Below, piece after piece: positions 35,401 to 47,915 of a DNA stretch of 64,000 bases. Source of the stretch: Fistulifera solaris (Eukaryota); NCBI GenBank assembly GCA_030295235.1, contig AP026156.1, forward strand, positions 186,001 through 250,000, given 5' to 3'. Each line of letters begins with the position of its first letter. The stretch's first letter is position 1. Position numbers and translations under genes: made by a program. The notes under the pieces are model-generated. The model worked only from the letters and a program-made list of their open reading frames with translations. It did not search any database and was not told the DNA's origin.

Positions 35401-37411
35401 GCGTTCAACGAAATCAAAGCACTACTAGCTCAAGATGCCTTTCTCCGATACCCAGACCATAACAAACCATTTCACATTTATGCCGGCACGGCGAACAAAT
35501 GGGGCGGCCATATTCCAAGACAAAATGCCAGTTGCCTACTATACGAAGAAACTTGACAAAGCGCAACGAAACTATTCCACAGGAGAAAAAGAACTACTAT
35601 CTATTGTCAAACTCCTGCATGAATTTCGCACAATGCTCTCACGGTTGTCCAGAAATCCACGTCTATACTGACCATCGCAATAATGTCTTCGACAACTGCA
35701 CGTCTCAAAGAGTACTACGCTGGAAGACATTTCTGGACGAATACGGTATACACATGCATCATATCAAAGGCGAAGATAATCCTTTAGCCGACGCACTCTC
35801 ACGCTTGCATTTTGATGAAAACATTCTCAACAGGTTCGAACCACAATACAAAAACTCTGCAGAAGACGAAAGTCAATCATTTTATTCAATGGCCATCGGC
35901 GATAACGACCTTAAGTGTTGCTTCGTCAATTTACCACTCAATCAAGTGGCGCCCTTTGTCTTAGATTACAAGAGGCTTCGAGCGGTACAAATGAGGGACG
36001 CCCGTTTGCAATCGCTACGAGAAAAATATCCACAATCATTCTGCGAACAAATGCTCGCACCCCAAGTCTATGTGACATGCTTTATTCCAAAACCAAATGA
36101 ACCGTGGAAGATCTACTTACCAGATGAACTATTACATGAGACGGTGGCATGGTACCACTTCGTACTCGGTCATCTAGGAAGAAGTCGACTATTTGACACA
36201 ATCTCCACACATCTCTACAACTCCCAACTACGAAACAAGATAGATGACTACGTATCAAGATGCGGCGAATGCCAACGCAAGAAACAACTACAACGCGGAT
36301 ACGGTGAACTACCACCCTCGTGAAGCAAATATTCATCCCTGGAGAGACATCTGTGTTGATCTAATAGGACCATGGACTCTTCAAATAGCAGGTCAACAGC
36401 ACAACTTCATCGCCCTTTCGATCATCGATCCGGTAACAAACCTCGCAGAACTCATTCGACTAGATAACAAGCGCGCGATTACGTCAAGCCCTGCAACTAC
36501 ATAACGCATGGCTATCGGAAGTACCCACGGCCACTCTTTTGTACATACGATCAAGGCGGAGAGTTCATCGGATATGGATTTCAAATCGAACTCGAAAAAT
36601 ATGGACTTCACAAGTCGCCTTCGAACAAGAAAACACCAACATCAAACGCGATCTGTGAGCGGATGCATCAATCGGTCGGCAATATTCTCACGAACAATGT
36701 CTACTTTAAATCCTCCGACAGCCTTAGAAACAGGCAAACTCATGGTCGATACCGCTCTTGCCAACACTGTATTTGCACTCAGAGCTTCATGCCATGGAGG
36801 ACTCAAAGCCACACCAGGATCCCTAGTTTTTGGTCGAGACATGATTTTAGATATACCAGTTGTCGCAGATTGGATCACCATTCAACAACACAAACAACAA
36901 CTAATCGACACTCGAACAGTCACAGCTAACCAAAAGCGATTCCCTTTCAACTACAGACCAGGAATGGAAGTCCTCAAACTCGTCTACCAACCATCAAAAC
37001 TACAAGACAGAGCGATTGGACCCTACAAAGTGGTCGAAGTTTTTCAAAACGGAAATCTTACAATCCAACTCAACGATACAGTTCAAGAACATATCAATAT
37101 TCGAAGAGTGAAACCTTATCTACGTTAATATTCTATCCAACAAGATTACTCTTCAAGCAATCTTGGGAGGCAGAATGCAGTACACTACATCGTCTTGTAC
37201 ATTCTTCACGTTCTGTCCTTAGAAGGTTAAGGGTCACGGGATTCCATTATCGATTCCATTCATGAATCGTTCTCACTTTATTGAGAACTGCGTCCTGCTC
37301 ATCTTTTCATCGTAGTCTTTAACAAGCTATAATATCTTATTTCCAGAAGAATAATAAAATCCTAAATATTTATTCATTATCATCTTTATGCATTCCTTGT
37401 GAGTCAAGTCA
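32440..37411 (+). mobile_element. Ty3/Gypsy LTR retrotransposon
   Basis: LTRs at 32440-32635 (196 bp) and 37176-37411 (236 bp), TG...CA; PPT GGGAGGCAGAA; domain order PR-RT-RH-IN. Confidence 0.93.
32672..37128 (+). CDS. Gypsy gag-pol (frameshifted in this assembly)
   Basis: Protease VLFDSGS, RT '[10 protein letters not shown]', 'LDISMQFY', YIDD; RNase H '[10 protein letters not shown]', 'YTDH', 'ADALSR'; integrase HHCC zinc finger, '[11 protein letters not shown]' and a C-terminal GPY motif. Confidence 0.9.
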
Positions 37412-37414
37412 TTT

Positions 37415-37548
37415 TTCAAACCGGTACTCACGTAGAAGCTACATGATTTTTGTACCAGGATTTTTCTTGTTTCCGATTTTCTACTGAAAATCAAACCGGA
37501 AACAACCGGAAACTACCGAAGCCAAGCGAAGTCAACCAAACCCAACCA
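37415..37548 (+). repeat. 134-bp direct repeat, copy 2
   Basis: Matches 32296-32439. Confidence 0.9.
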
Positions 37549-37800
37549 AACCAAAGTACAAAATCAAACCGGTACTAAAAGTCACTAAGTAATCATTTTT
37601 AAGCAAAATACTTTTTTAATTGTACCGACACGGGGTCTACAGTATACGTAGAAAATAATATGAAGCAGTTAACGTAGTAAAAGAGTATAAGTACTTTTGT
37701 AAGACTTGCACTTAAAGTTAGTTTGCTATTAATAATTCAATTATTGCCCCCCGGTATTGTTGCCCACAGTACAAAATGCACTACTGGTACATGGTACAGT

Positions 37801-37836
37801 TTCACTTTCGCTTTCACTTTCGCTTTCACTTTCGCT
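37801..37836 (+). repeat. 12-bp minisatellite (TTCACTTTCGCT)x3
   Basis: Seen directly in the sequence. Confidence 0.85.
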
Positions 37837-38176
37837 ATTTACCAGTTTTAATTCTTTATCGTAAAACATCGCGAATTCTCTGATTTTTTGTTTTCGATGT
37901 CAGTTGAAAAAGGAATAATTTGTTTTTTCGACAATTTTCGCAGTTGTCCTTTTTCCCGCATCCTCCGGTTTTGGTGAGGCGCGCGCGCATTTCGATGATG
38001 CACACGCACTCGGGACTCGGGACACACAATCAATTCCAACAACTAGAAAGTTGATGATAATTCGCTTTTTCAGCTTGCTTCTCTGCCCTTAGATGGCCAA
38101 ATCTGATCGTATCTGAAAGATTTCAGCTACTAATATTCGGCTGTGTTTCCATTCCGTGATCTATAGCTTATATTGC

Positions 38177-40856
38177 TCAAGCCCAGTACACGTGAGAGAA
38201 CCCAAATGTGGCGTCACGGCCTCCCACAATCCGAATTCCTAACTCAATATCTTTTGGCGGTTTCCCCGCAAATTGTTCCGGAGCGTTCAATAGCACAGAG
38301 AACTCCATCAGGCGCTCTACTTCGACGAGTTGTTCGGTGAATTGCTCGGCCGTCCAAGTATGTACGACACCATCAATCGAATACTCCACTTGAAACTTTT
38401 CCGGAAACTCCTTAGAAGTGGGAGCATTGGCTTCTTCGTCACTCAAAGGATGAGCACATGTTTCTTCGTTGTTCTCGCACTTCCATCCCAACGTCTTCGT
38501 ATTATCATTCGGTTTGGCTTTGACGAGCCTTACGATAATGTACCCTTCCTTCACTTGATTTAGCGTCATGAGCAGCCAGCCACTGAGACCATCACCAATG
38601 AAAAAAGCACGCGCATCATTGTGGCCGTACAACAAGCAATTCATGCTTTCCGCACGGTTGCAAAAGGAATCATAGGTGGCATCGCAATTATCTGGGGCAC
38701 CCACTGATTCGTGTATCTGCCAGCCTTTCCCAGGAACCAAGCTTGATTTTGCGGCGGTAGTACTGTAAGCGGGTGGATTGAGTTGTTGATGCAAGTTTTC
38801 GTATCGCGCTCGTAAAGGAACAAAGTCGACACCATTTTCGACTATTGCCAAGTAATCAATATGGCCGTCGGGAGGATCCAAAGCTGGATTGTATACGTCG
38901 GGCGGATCATAAGCATTGGGTTTCGGTTGACCGACATCCATATCACTCCGTAATATTCTCCGAATACTCGTGGTGGCCGGATTCGCGCGTGGCGTGAACT
39001 CACTATGACCTTGAAACGGAATATTGCAAATAGCATCGGGAAGTCCAATATCAAAACACTGAGAGGTAGTGTCATTGCGGACTGCTGTGCGAATGCGCTC
39101 GAACTCATCGGTTATGTGGAATTCTGAGTCAGGGAGCGTGTAATTGTTCAGGTCGCGCCAGTCGACGAGTGCATTCCGTAAAACTTTAATTATATTGTAC
39201 GCAATCAAACGACTGAATAGCTGATGCATCCAATTTCCGGGATGCCATCTTTTGATAAAAAGCAGAGACCGATAACGTGAGCAGAGAATAATGGAAACTG
39301 CTTTCTTCAGCAAAACAACTTACTTGGCGCGTCCACCCATTACATCCAATTGCTTTTCGGGCGTATAATCTTTTCGATCGATCCAACACACTCCGTTGTA
39401 TCCCGACTTTCGACATTCTGCATTCATCTCCTTGGAGCAAATCAGAAACAGCGTTGCATACGGCAGATGTTTAATATCGTCGTAAGTGGCAGTTTCTGGG
39501 ATGCCCGCATAGCCGTCACCCCATTCACCACTCCCCCAATACCCCGCGCCGCATAGACCGTCGTATCGGCCATTGACAGGCTGTCCGAACAAAACAGGGA
39601 CACGATCACCGCCAAGTAATCCCTGCCTTGCAAATATGTCACGGGGCTTGATATCACCTTCCGTCCTGTATTAAGTTATGCGTTAGATCCGTTCACTTTG
39701 ATCAGAACGAAAGAGCGACAGTCAATTTCACTTACATGCCCGAATTCCATACGAGAATGGCATTATCACCACCATAAAACGACTGCGACGCCAACCCGTT
39801 GTGTACGGTACCCAAACCTCCCATTCCGACATTGCGACTGATATGATAGACTCCCAACCGCGCCAATATTGGTTCCAACGCTCGCTGAACTTGCATGATA
39901 TACGATTGCGTAAAATGATTTCCGTGTCCCGCACTACTACTGTGTCCTCCCATGGTCAAAAAGAATTTATCTTCCGTCATAATACTGTGCAACAAATGCT
40001 TGCGAATGAATTGGAGCGTCGTTTCGCTCGTACGTCCGGCATTGCCGGGAGGATGTTTGCGATTGTACGGTACATTCGGCATGGACATGTTGAACATGAA
40101 AGCCGGGTCATCCTTGGTCAAATCACGAAAGGCATCTTCCAAAGGGCCGCCCTCATAGTGTCCATATTCCGCCAACATGGCGGCCATGGCGCGTTCGGTT
40201 AACGCAATCCCTTGATCGACGAACTGCGGCAAATATTCGGGATCGACTTGCCAGGCGTTGGGAGGAAAAGCACTCAGGGGAACATCACGATTGGGATACT
40301 GAGCATACAATGATTCCAAATTGGGTCGGGGTGTCTTGTCTTCCAAGGTCCAAGATCCCCATTTTTTCGCTAATTCGGGCAAATTGGTCCGATCATGACG
40401 TGCGCGACGTACATAGGCACTGGAAAAATACGGTGGTGGATGTTGAAAGCCGGGCTTTTCGGGGTGTAACGCTTCGACTGTGGCGGGTACATTGATGATT
40501 GTCGTGTGTCCGTGAGAGGATGATGATGAAGGGTCAATCAAAGGATCTTGCTCCGGTGCTTCGGGGACTCGAATGTCGAGACCGTCCTCTATGTCTATCG
40601 TAGTATCCTCCACGTTAGCGGCTTCCGGTAAATCTTCAACGTCAGTGACTAGCGTATTTTGATCAACTTTTGCTGGAGACAAAAGCCAGGCTGCAGCAAT
40701 GATACATAGAGCAAATAAAATTATTTGCTTCCGATTGCGTGAAGGAGGAGAAGGGTTTGTAGGCGCGGATGATTTTATTCTCGGAACATCGATTCTTCCT
40801 CCCGTTTCTTCTATTAAAGACTCCATTTCGAGTCCGTATTCTTCTGGATCTTCCAT
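38177..40856 (-). CDS. Type II membrane protein with SGNH/GDSL-hydrolase-like motifs; multi-exon
   Basis: N-terminal TM; 'MGGHSSSAGHGN', 'RNVGMGGLGT', 'WNSGM|TE', 'WHPG'. Introns near 39667-39735 and 39258-39324. Confidence 0.7.
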
Positions 40857-41214
40857 GATATGTAGATAATTGAGAGAAGGGTATCAAAAGGAAACAATTA
40901 AGGTCGTAGGATAAATAAAAAAAAATGAAAAGAGGCATTTTATTTCGCCGCAAAAAGTCACAACAAAAGTCGAAACGTCATCAGTGCCGGTACGACATTT
41001 TATATCTTCGGTCCGGTATTTGCGTTGATGTGACGTCACAAATGCTTTCGTCGCTTTAATTTTTCTGACTTCTTTTTCTCGCATCAATCGCGACCGTGAT
41101 GGCTTGCAATAATTTGGCTTTGTGCTTTGTTTACCTATAGACCCTACATGCCCGCATTTTCTTTTTTCAAATCTGAATTTGATTGAATATTATTATTTTT
41201 CTGTAATGATTAAC

Positions 41215-43041
41215 ATGGAATGCCGATCATCGGCTTTCCTGTTTGTGAGCTGGGTAGCGTTGGTGGCCTGGCGAAGCACGTCTGTGCATTCCATTGCTCC
41301 GAGAAGTGCGAGTAACCTTTCTCTTTCGAAACAAAAACGACACTTTTTGACGCGACAATCAAGCTGTTTCCCTTGTAGCAACGTCATTTCGTTGTCAGCG
41401 AAACGAATATCGTCGTCTCAAGAGCGAAATGCCGATGATACACAAAAGGATGACTACCCATCCTCATCATCCAACGAGCGAATTGTCGAATTCAAACTGC
41501 ATTCTTCTATCGGCAGTATCCCCGCCGAAGCCTGGGATGCTTGCTTGACCAATTCTTCGTCACCCTTTCTTTCACATGCATGGCTCCGGTGCTTGGAAGA
41601 ATCAAAATGTGCATCTCCTTCCACGGGTTGGGTACCCTCACACGTTTCCATTTTGATGGACTCACAAACGGTGGGCTTTGCTCCTCTCTACATTAAGGGA
41701 CATTCGTTGGGAGAATTCATTTTTGATCAACAATTCGCCGAAGCCGCTTATCAGAATGGTATCGACTATTATCCCAAACTACTGGTCGGTGTACCCTTTA
41801 CGCCGGCCACGGGCCAGCGCATTTTGTGGCATCCACAACTCGTGCTAGAAAGCTTTTCTCGTGAAGAGATCAAAACATTGAATCAATCGGTAGCTCGATT
41901 TTTGAAAGAGTTGGCTTCCAGCAATCGAGTATCGTCGGTACACATTAATTTTCTCACGGAAGCAGAAGCCGAAGATTTGGGTGGGCCATTGCCACGGCCC
42001 GTCGAAGATTCCGAGGATGTGAAGGGCGTTTCACAGAAAATACGTTCCATTTTTCAGCGACTGGATATCAAAGACAGCTACTTGCGAAGGACGTCTCTCC
42101 AATATCACTGGCAGAATGTGAATCCGAACAATGGCGGAAAACCATTTGAATCCTTTGATGACTATTTGTCTTGTTTCAAAAGCAAAAAGAGGATAAACAT
42201 ACGGCGTGAGCGAAAGAAGGTACTAGAGGAAGTAGGCGTCGTCATTGATGTAATCGCCGGCAAGGATATTCTACAATATCCAGGTTTAGTCGAGCGCATG
42301 TTTGAAATATATTTGTCTACTATTGACAAAATGGTGTGGGGTCGTCAATATCTGACGATAGAGTTTTTTCAACTACTGTCTCGTTCGGATTTCATAGATT
42401 ACCTCGTGTTTGTGTGTGCGCGACAAAATGTTTCCGAACGTAAGGACAAACTGGAGGCTTCCGATGTCTTTGCTGGTACATTCAGTAAGTGATGTACTCG
42501 ACCACCATCCTGTATTCCATTTCACTACTCACCATACTCTTCTTCATAAAGATATTGTGAAAGATGGAGTCTTTTATGGTCGCTATTGGGTAAGCTTAGT
42601 TACACTGTGAGTTTGCTTCCTTTTAAACCCAGCTGGTTCTCACATTGAAAAAGGGATGCTTACCGGACCGAGAGGTAAAGAATTTGCATTTTGAGTGCTG
42701 TTATTGGTCAGCGATCGACTATTGCATTCGTAATGGCTTGCGAAGGATGGAGCCAGGTGCCGGAGGAGGAGGTGCGTTTACTTACTGCTTTCGTTTGGCT
42801 CCGTTACTGCTGACTAGTTATCGTTTCTCATTATTAATTCTCTGCAACTTCAGACTACAAATGGGCACGGGGCTTTGATCCTGCTCTCATTCACTCCGTT
42901 CACTACATTTGCCATCCCGGATTACGACGGGCAGTGGGTCAATTTCTCATCGATGAGACAGAAAACAATGTGGAGCTGACCAAGTTTTTGTTAGAAAGAA
43001 GTGCAGTTGGCAACCGACAAGTATCTACAGAGAAATGCTGA
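41215..43041 (+). CDS. FemAB-like/GNAT protein (COG3146-type), probably organelle-targeted; 3 introns
   Basis: 'PFLSHAWLRCLEES', 'YIKGHSLGEFIFD', 'YYPKLLVGVPFTPATG', 'YGRYWG', 'LHFECCY', 'EPGAGG', 'YKWARGFDP'. N-terminal signal plus Ser/Arg-rich leader. Confidence 0.85.
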
Positions 43042-43172
43042 CATGAATTTCCACAGAATAATTTTTGAGTTAGCTCCTTACGTCTCGACGAAGAGAGTCA
43101 AACTTTTCCCTTTAAGCTAATTCTTTTTACTCATTCTCTCTAGAAATAAGAGGTAGATTGAAGGGCTTCCAA

Positions 43173-43871
43173 CTACAATTCCGGTTCGTCTTCTTCCTCC
43201 TGATAAGTGACCCTTTGTTTTAGAATGTGAACGCGTCGTCGCATCCATTCGAGAAGATCATTACTGAAGCGTTTCTTGATTTTATTTTTCTCCATCGTTT
43301 CAGTTAAACGACCAATTTCAAACTTTTTGCGTTGAATATTCCACGTTTCGATCCTTTCAATAAAATCCTTTTCTCTGTCGCTACAACCTTCCAGAGTCTC
43401 AACATCACAAGTCAATTTGTCGACCACGTCCTTGCCTTGAATTTCAAGAATCTCCATCTGAAAAATCAGCGCTTCGCCCGGACCGATCTTAGGTGGGCTG
43501 CCTCGATCACCGTAAGCTAGTTCTGACGGTATGTAAAGCTCCCACTTGTCTCCTTCTACCATCATTTGCATCGCTTCCGTCCAGCCGGCAATCACTTGAT
43601 TGGGAGCAAACGTGATGGGATCACCCCGATCATAGCTACTATCAAACGTCGTACCATCAATGAGCGTTCCGGAATAGTGACAAAGGCAAGGAGTTGTCGG
43701 CTTAGGATGCACTTTGCCGTCGCCTTTTCGGAGCACTTTGTACATGAGCCCCGACTTTCGTTCGACGACGTCCGGTTCGTTCCGTTTTCCGGCTAGGAAC
43801 TCAATGCCCGCGTCATTCGTCTTCGCCCATAGGCAAGAAGGTAATAGAAAAAGCAATACAAATAGTCTCAT
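43173..43871 (-). CDS. Secretory FKBP-type peptidyl-prolyl isomerase (Mip-like)
   Basis: Signal peptide MRLFVLLFLLPSCLWA; 'HYSGTLIDGTTFDSS', 'VIAGWTEAM', 'YIPSELAYG'; acidic tail ending EPEL. Confidence 0.92.
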   Translation of the reverse strand: MRLFVLLFLLPSCLWAKTNDAGIEFLAGKRNEPDVVERKSGLMYKVLRKGDGKVHPKPTTPCLCHYSGTLIDGTTFDSSYDRGDPITFAPNQVIAGWTEAMQMMVEGDKWELYIPSELAYGDRGSPPKIGPGEALIFQMEILEIQGKDVVDKLTCDVETLEGCSDREKDFIERIETWNIQRKKFEIGRLTETMEKNKIKKRFSNDLLEWMRRRVHILKQRVTYQEEEDEPEL

Positions 43872-44409
43872 GTTGTATTTTATAAACAGCACTGTTGACA
43901 TGGTTATATTGTGCACAGCAATGTTGACATGGTTATATTGTTCATCGTAATGCAAGCCGTTGCGACGTCAAACGCCGACTAGCGCGAAATGTAAAAGCTT
44001 GTTTGGCGTCTAGTCTCTTTAGAACCGTTACGACCTGTCATTTGTGTGTTTCAATCACACTACACACTTGATGTAGTCCGGTCACTCACGTTTGAGCACT
44101 TTGTAGAGAAGTGTAGAAAATAAAATTGCCCCGAACTCCCGAAATTGGACTGTGGAAAGAGGGTACTAAACGGTCTTGCTGGTTAGCTTGCTGACGTAGA
44201 CATGGTTGGATGTTTTTGGAAAGTGTTGCAACAAGAGCGACGACGGGTGCACAGTTCGAGGAGAGAACGATCGAATAAAAACGACCCCGCATTTTCATCT
44301 CTTGTTTTCACTGCCAAGATACACCGCATAAAAAATAATTGACTTCCGGACTATCGAGCAATTCCATGCTCTTTCCTTGTTCAAATTACCGAAGAGACTG
44401 CTTCGAATC

Positions 44410-44791
44410 ATGAACGCTTATGTTTCAATAGCTTCACTCTGCATTATGATGATATACAGCTATCCGGATCTGATTGCTTTTCTTTTAAGAGAACTCCGAA
44501 AGCGAATCGTGAGAGTATTTGCGAAGGCGAAAGCTCGAAGAAGGTCCTCGGGGAAAGTGCAGTTCTCGCACAGTCAAGTACGAGTATTCACTGACGATGC
44601 TATGCAGGATTCGTTTCACAGTTTGGCGGAGAGCTCCGTATCGAGCGATGGACTCAGCGTGTGCAGCGATGCGCCCTGGCGCCGGCGGAGGAGGGTCTTT
44701 CCTTCGCAATGGAGAACCCGAAATCATGTTCCTGCAGGAACTAGCTGATCATGTTTCGACGGAGAAATCTCTTGTGAAGCTACATGATTAA
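44410..44791 (+). CDS. Possible small hypothetical membrane-anchored protein
   Basis: ATG-led ORF with an N-terminal hydrophobic stretch and a KVQF motif; possible frameshift near 44675. No recognised family. Confidence 0.35.
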
Positions 44792-45290
44792 TTTGCCGAT
44801 TCATTTGCACGCATTTGCAGGTTGCGACGGCGAAGGGCACTCTCACTTGACTCCAATAGAAGCTGCATGCTTCTCAATTCGTTTGAGAACCCTTTCACCC
44901 ATTATTTTCAGCCTCATCCTTTGCGACATGAGATAGAGCTAGAGACATTCGGCATTCGACCTAAGAAGTTTCAATTATGAATATTAATGCCCCGGAGTAT
45001 CAATTTTTGCTTGAAATCTAAGCTCAGTGCATCAATCTAACCTGAGAAGCCCATTCATCTTGATTTTTAATAAATATCTTTTTTATAATGCAGATGAATT
45101 GTTTTCTAGCCTTAAAAAAAATATCAATTTAGTCTCTTCTAAAACTAGGAAAACATAGCACTATTGCAGTCGTGTCAAAAGGCTCCACTGTAACGGGTAA
45201 AAATTCTAAACCGTTTCAGTGTTTGTTACGGCTACTTAATTCGCGCTATTCAAAAGATCGAGTATGTTGCAGAGCATTACTTTATTACGC

Positions 45291-47506
45291 CTAAGCGGAA
45301 AACAAAGTATTGACCTGTTCGGGCTTGTGCTGCCAGAAAGAAAGATCATCATACCCGCCTTCGACAGTTGCATTTTCGTGATAAGCTTGATAGAGTTTCG
45401 AGTACACAGAAGCCACTTCCTTAGCGATTTGCGACCTTGCTCTTTTACGCAACAGTGGATCTTTGACTGTGGTTTCCAGAGAAGGAAGTGGCGGCGAATA
45501 CAAGGACGAGTAAAAGTCTCTGACTGCCCGCTCCATATCATCTGAAGAGAGGCCAGGGAAGGAAGCCATAGGCGATGCGATACTACTAGAACTTTGAGAC
45601 TGATGCTCCCATCGTCGATACGAGTCGGCCGCATCTTTGAGTCCACATAAATGCAGTACTTTCTGCGTTTCGTCTTGCACAAGCTCTTCCAAAAGATCAG
45701 ATTCTTTTCTTTGGATAGATTGAAGCAATTCGTGCGCTGCGGCCTCACTAAGTCCGGCAGATGTTGCCGAGCGGACTATGTCGGAAAGGGCCAAGACATC
45801 GTCAATTGAGCTCTTGTCTGATTGTAAAGCAGCGGATATTAGCGCGATACTTGCCCAGTCGAGAGAAAGGATGGCTTTCGCTTCGCTGGCATCTTCGATT
45901 ACAGCTTCGAAGCCCGGAGAATTTACCCGGACCTTCATGAGTTGATTTATCATTGCCTGGGCTTGAGCACCCTCGGATTCACCCGTAGAAGCTCCTAGCT
46001 GATTGAACATGGCTCCGTATGCCCTTGTCGTAGCCTCGTATGCTTGCGTCGTTTCTTGTAAGCATTCCATCAGTGTATCCAACAAAGGATTTTTACGGCT
46101 CTCTTCTCCACTGCCAATGCTTTTCCGAAAATTCTTCTGTATAGCTTGAATATAAAATAGCAGCAATCCCGATATTTCATAGAGATGACCAATGCGTGTC
46201 CTGAAAACAGCCCCTTCTTCCTCAAATTCATCACCAAATCCATCATCTGACTCGTTTTCATCTATTTCATCTGGTCTACGCGCAAGGTTTGTGACAACCT
46301 GAAGAATTCGTGATTTTAGCGGACGAGTAAGGCCGCTCAAACTCGTCGACCACAACTCGGCTAACGTCATCGAAACTTGCACCATCTCCTCCTTTACTGT
46401 GGTAGAAGTCTCCTCTAGTTTCATTTCTTCCAAGGATCGCTCACTAACATCCGCATCAGGATCCTCGTTTGACGGCTGAAACATGAGAAGACCTTTGGCA
46501 ACATCCCCTTCGACAGAGAAAGTGGTAAATACAAAAGCCAGCATCTCTCCCACGTCTAATTTGTAAACAGCGCAGGTTAGAGAATACAATAAAGATGTAG
46601 AGTCACATCAATGCACCGCAATATCACTTACAAACCACCGGATCATGGGCCTTCATCTCCAAGGGTGCTGGGCCGGCTGTCAAAGCTCACGAGAAATCGT
46701 TTCGTAACGTACGATCTTCGGCTGTGTGCCAAGATCTCCAACGCATGCTCATAAAAAGCCGGAACATGTCGTACAGTATAAAAGGCGCGCTTGACAAAGT
46801 CTTGTTGCCACACGTCCTCGTTATCTTCGGCGTTGTTGGCAATACTTTGAAACCAGGAATACAGTCGTTCGTACGCTCGTTCTTGCTTTTGTGCTAAATT
46901 TTCCATCATTCTTAGGGCCGAAGCAGATGATGTGTCGAGCGATTCCGATAGCTCATTACGAATGTTTCTCACTCGCTCTAGTGCCGACAAGAAAGCCAGG
47001 CCATTCACTTGACTGGCATTGTAATCTTCAAAGTTGTAATGATCGAGCAATCGAGCATCGGCAGCACTTAGATCGAAGCGTTCTAGAAAGGAAGAAACGG
47101 CTTCGAGACGCTTTTGCGCCAAACGACGTTGATGAAAGGCATCCGCTAATTGCGCCGCAACAGCGGCTTCATCCGATCCTTCTGCATCGAATCTCTGGCG
47201 ACTGTTGCTTTCGGCAAGAATCTCCTTCACACTCTGGGCAATCATCGATACGTTGGAAATATCCTTCCGCAATTCCGTAACGTTCGCCACCATGCGTTGC
47301 AACTCCGTTTGCAAAACTAATGCTTGTTGCAAGGCATCTTGTTCGATGGCGACACGGACACTCCGCGCATCCATCGTATCCGCTACCGACAAGGCCGCCA
47401 ACGCTTCCAGGGCCGCCTTCATGGCCGGCGTATCGCTGCGGACTTGCAAGGCGCGGTTGACTTTTTCCGTCAACATGGACTGTTGCGGGTTTTCAGCACT
47501 TGACAT
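45291..47506 (-). CDS. COG6: Conserved oligomeric Golgi complex subunit 6; intron ~46555-46631, 1-nt frameshift near 46685
   Basis: 'RSVRVAIEQD', 'FLSALERVRNIR', 'QERAYERLYSW', 'EMKAHDPV.Y|VGEMLA', 'RPLKSRILQV'. Confidence 0.85.
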
Positions 47507-47915
47507 GTTGATACGAGAGGAGAATAAAAGAATGAAATGATTAGCCTAACTGAGATGACAGAGTTGTTCTTACTCTCGTCTCTCGTTATCTTTCGCAATA
47601 ATGCGGTGCGAGATCGCGATGTCTTAATTCACCGCACCGGTACTAAGTTGGCTTTGATTCTGTAACGCTGCGACTCGATACAGGTATTACCACTCGTGAC
47701 TTCGCAATTTTCGAATGGTGTTGCATGAATTTTTTTACCGTAGCAAAGAAGAAGCAACATGCAAGAACTCGGAAGCTCATCATAATGATCTTCTCAAGTC
47801 GTGCATAGGGCCAACTAATTCTCTTCTTTTTTAAATAAAAGTACGCTGGTTTGAAAAAGATGAGTAATCGTCTCATTTGAGAGCCGTGCTGTCCCCCAAC
47901 CCCTCCTCAATCACC

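Larger units (their letters stand above)
32208..37577. mobile_element. Non-coding TIR element (MITE-like shell) enclosing the Gypsy element; 13-bp TIRs, TSD AAAGT
   Basis: TAGTACCGGTTTG (32208-32220) and CAAACCGGTACTA (37565-37577); AAAGT at 32203-32207 and 37578-37582. Internal 10-bp tandem repeats and extra CAAACCGGTACT copies. Confidence 0.75.
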
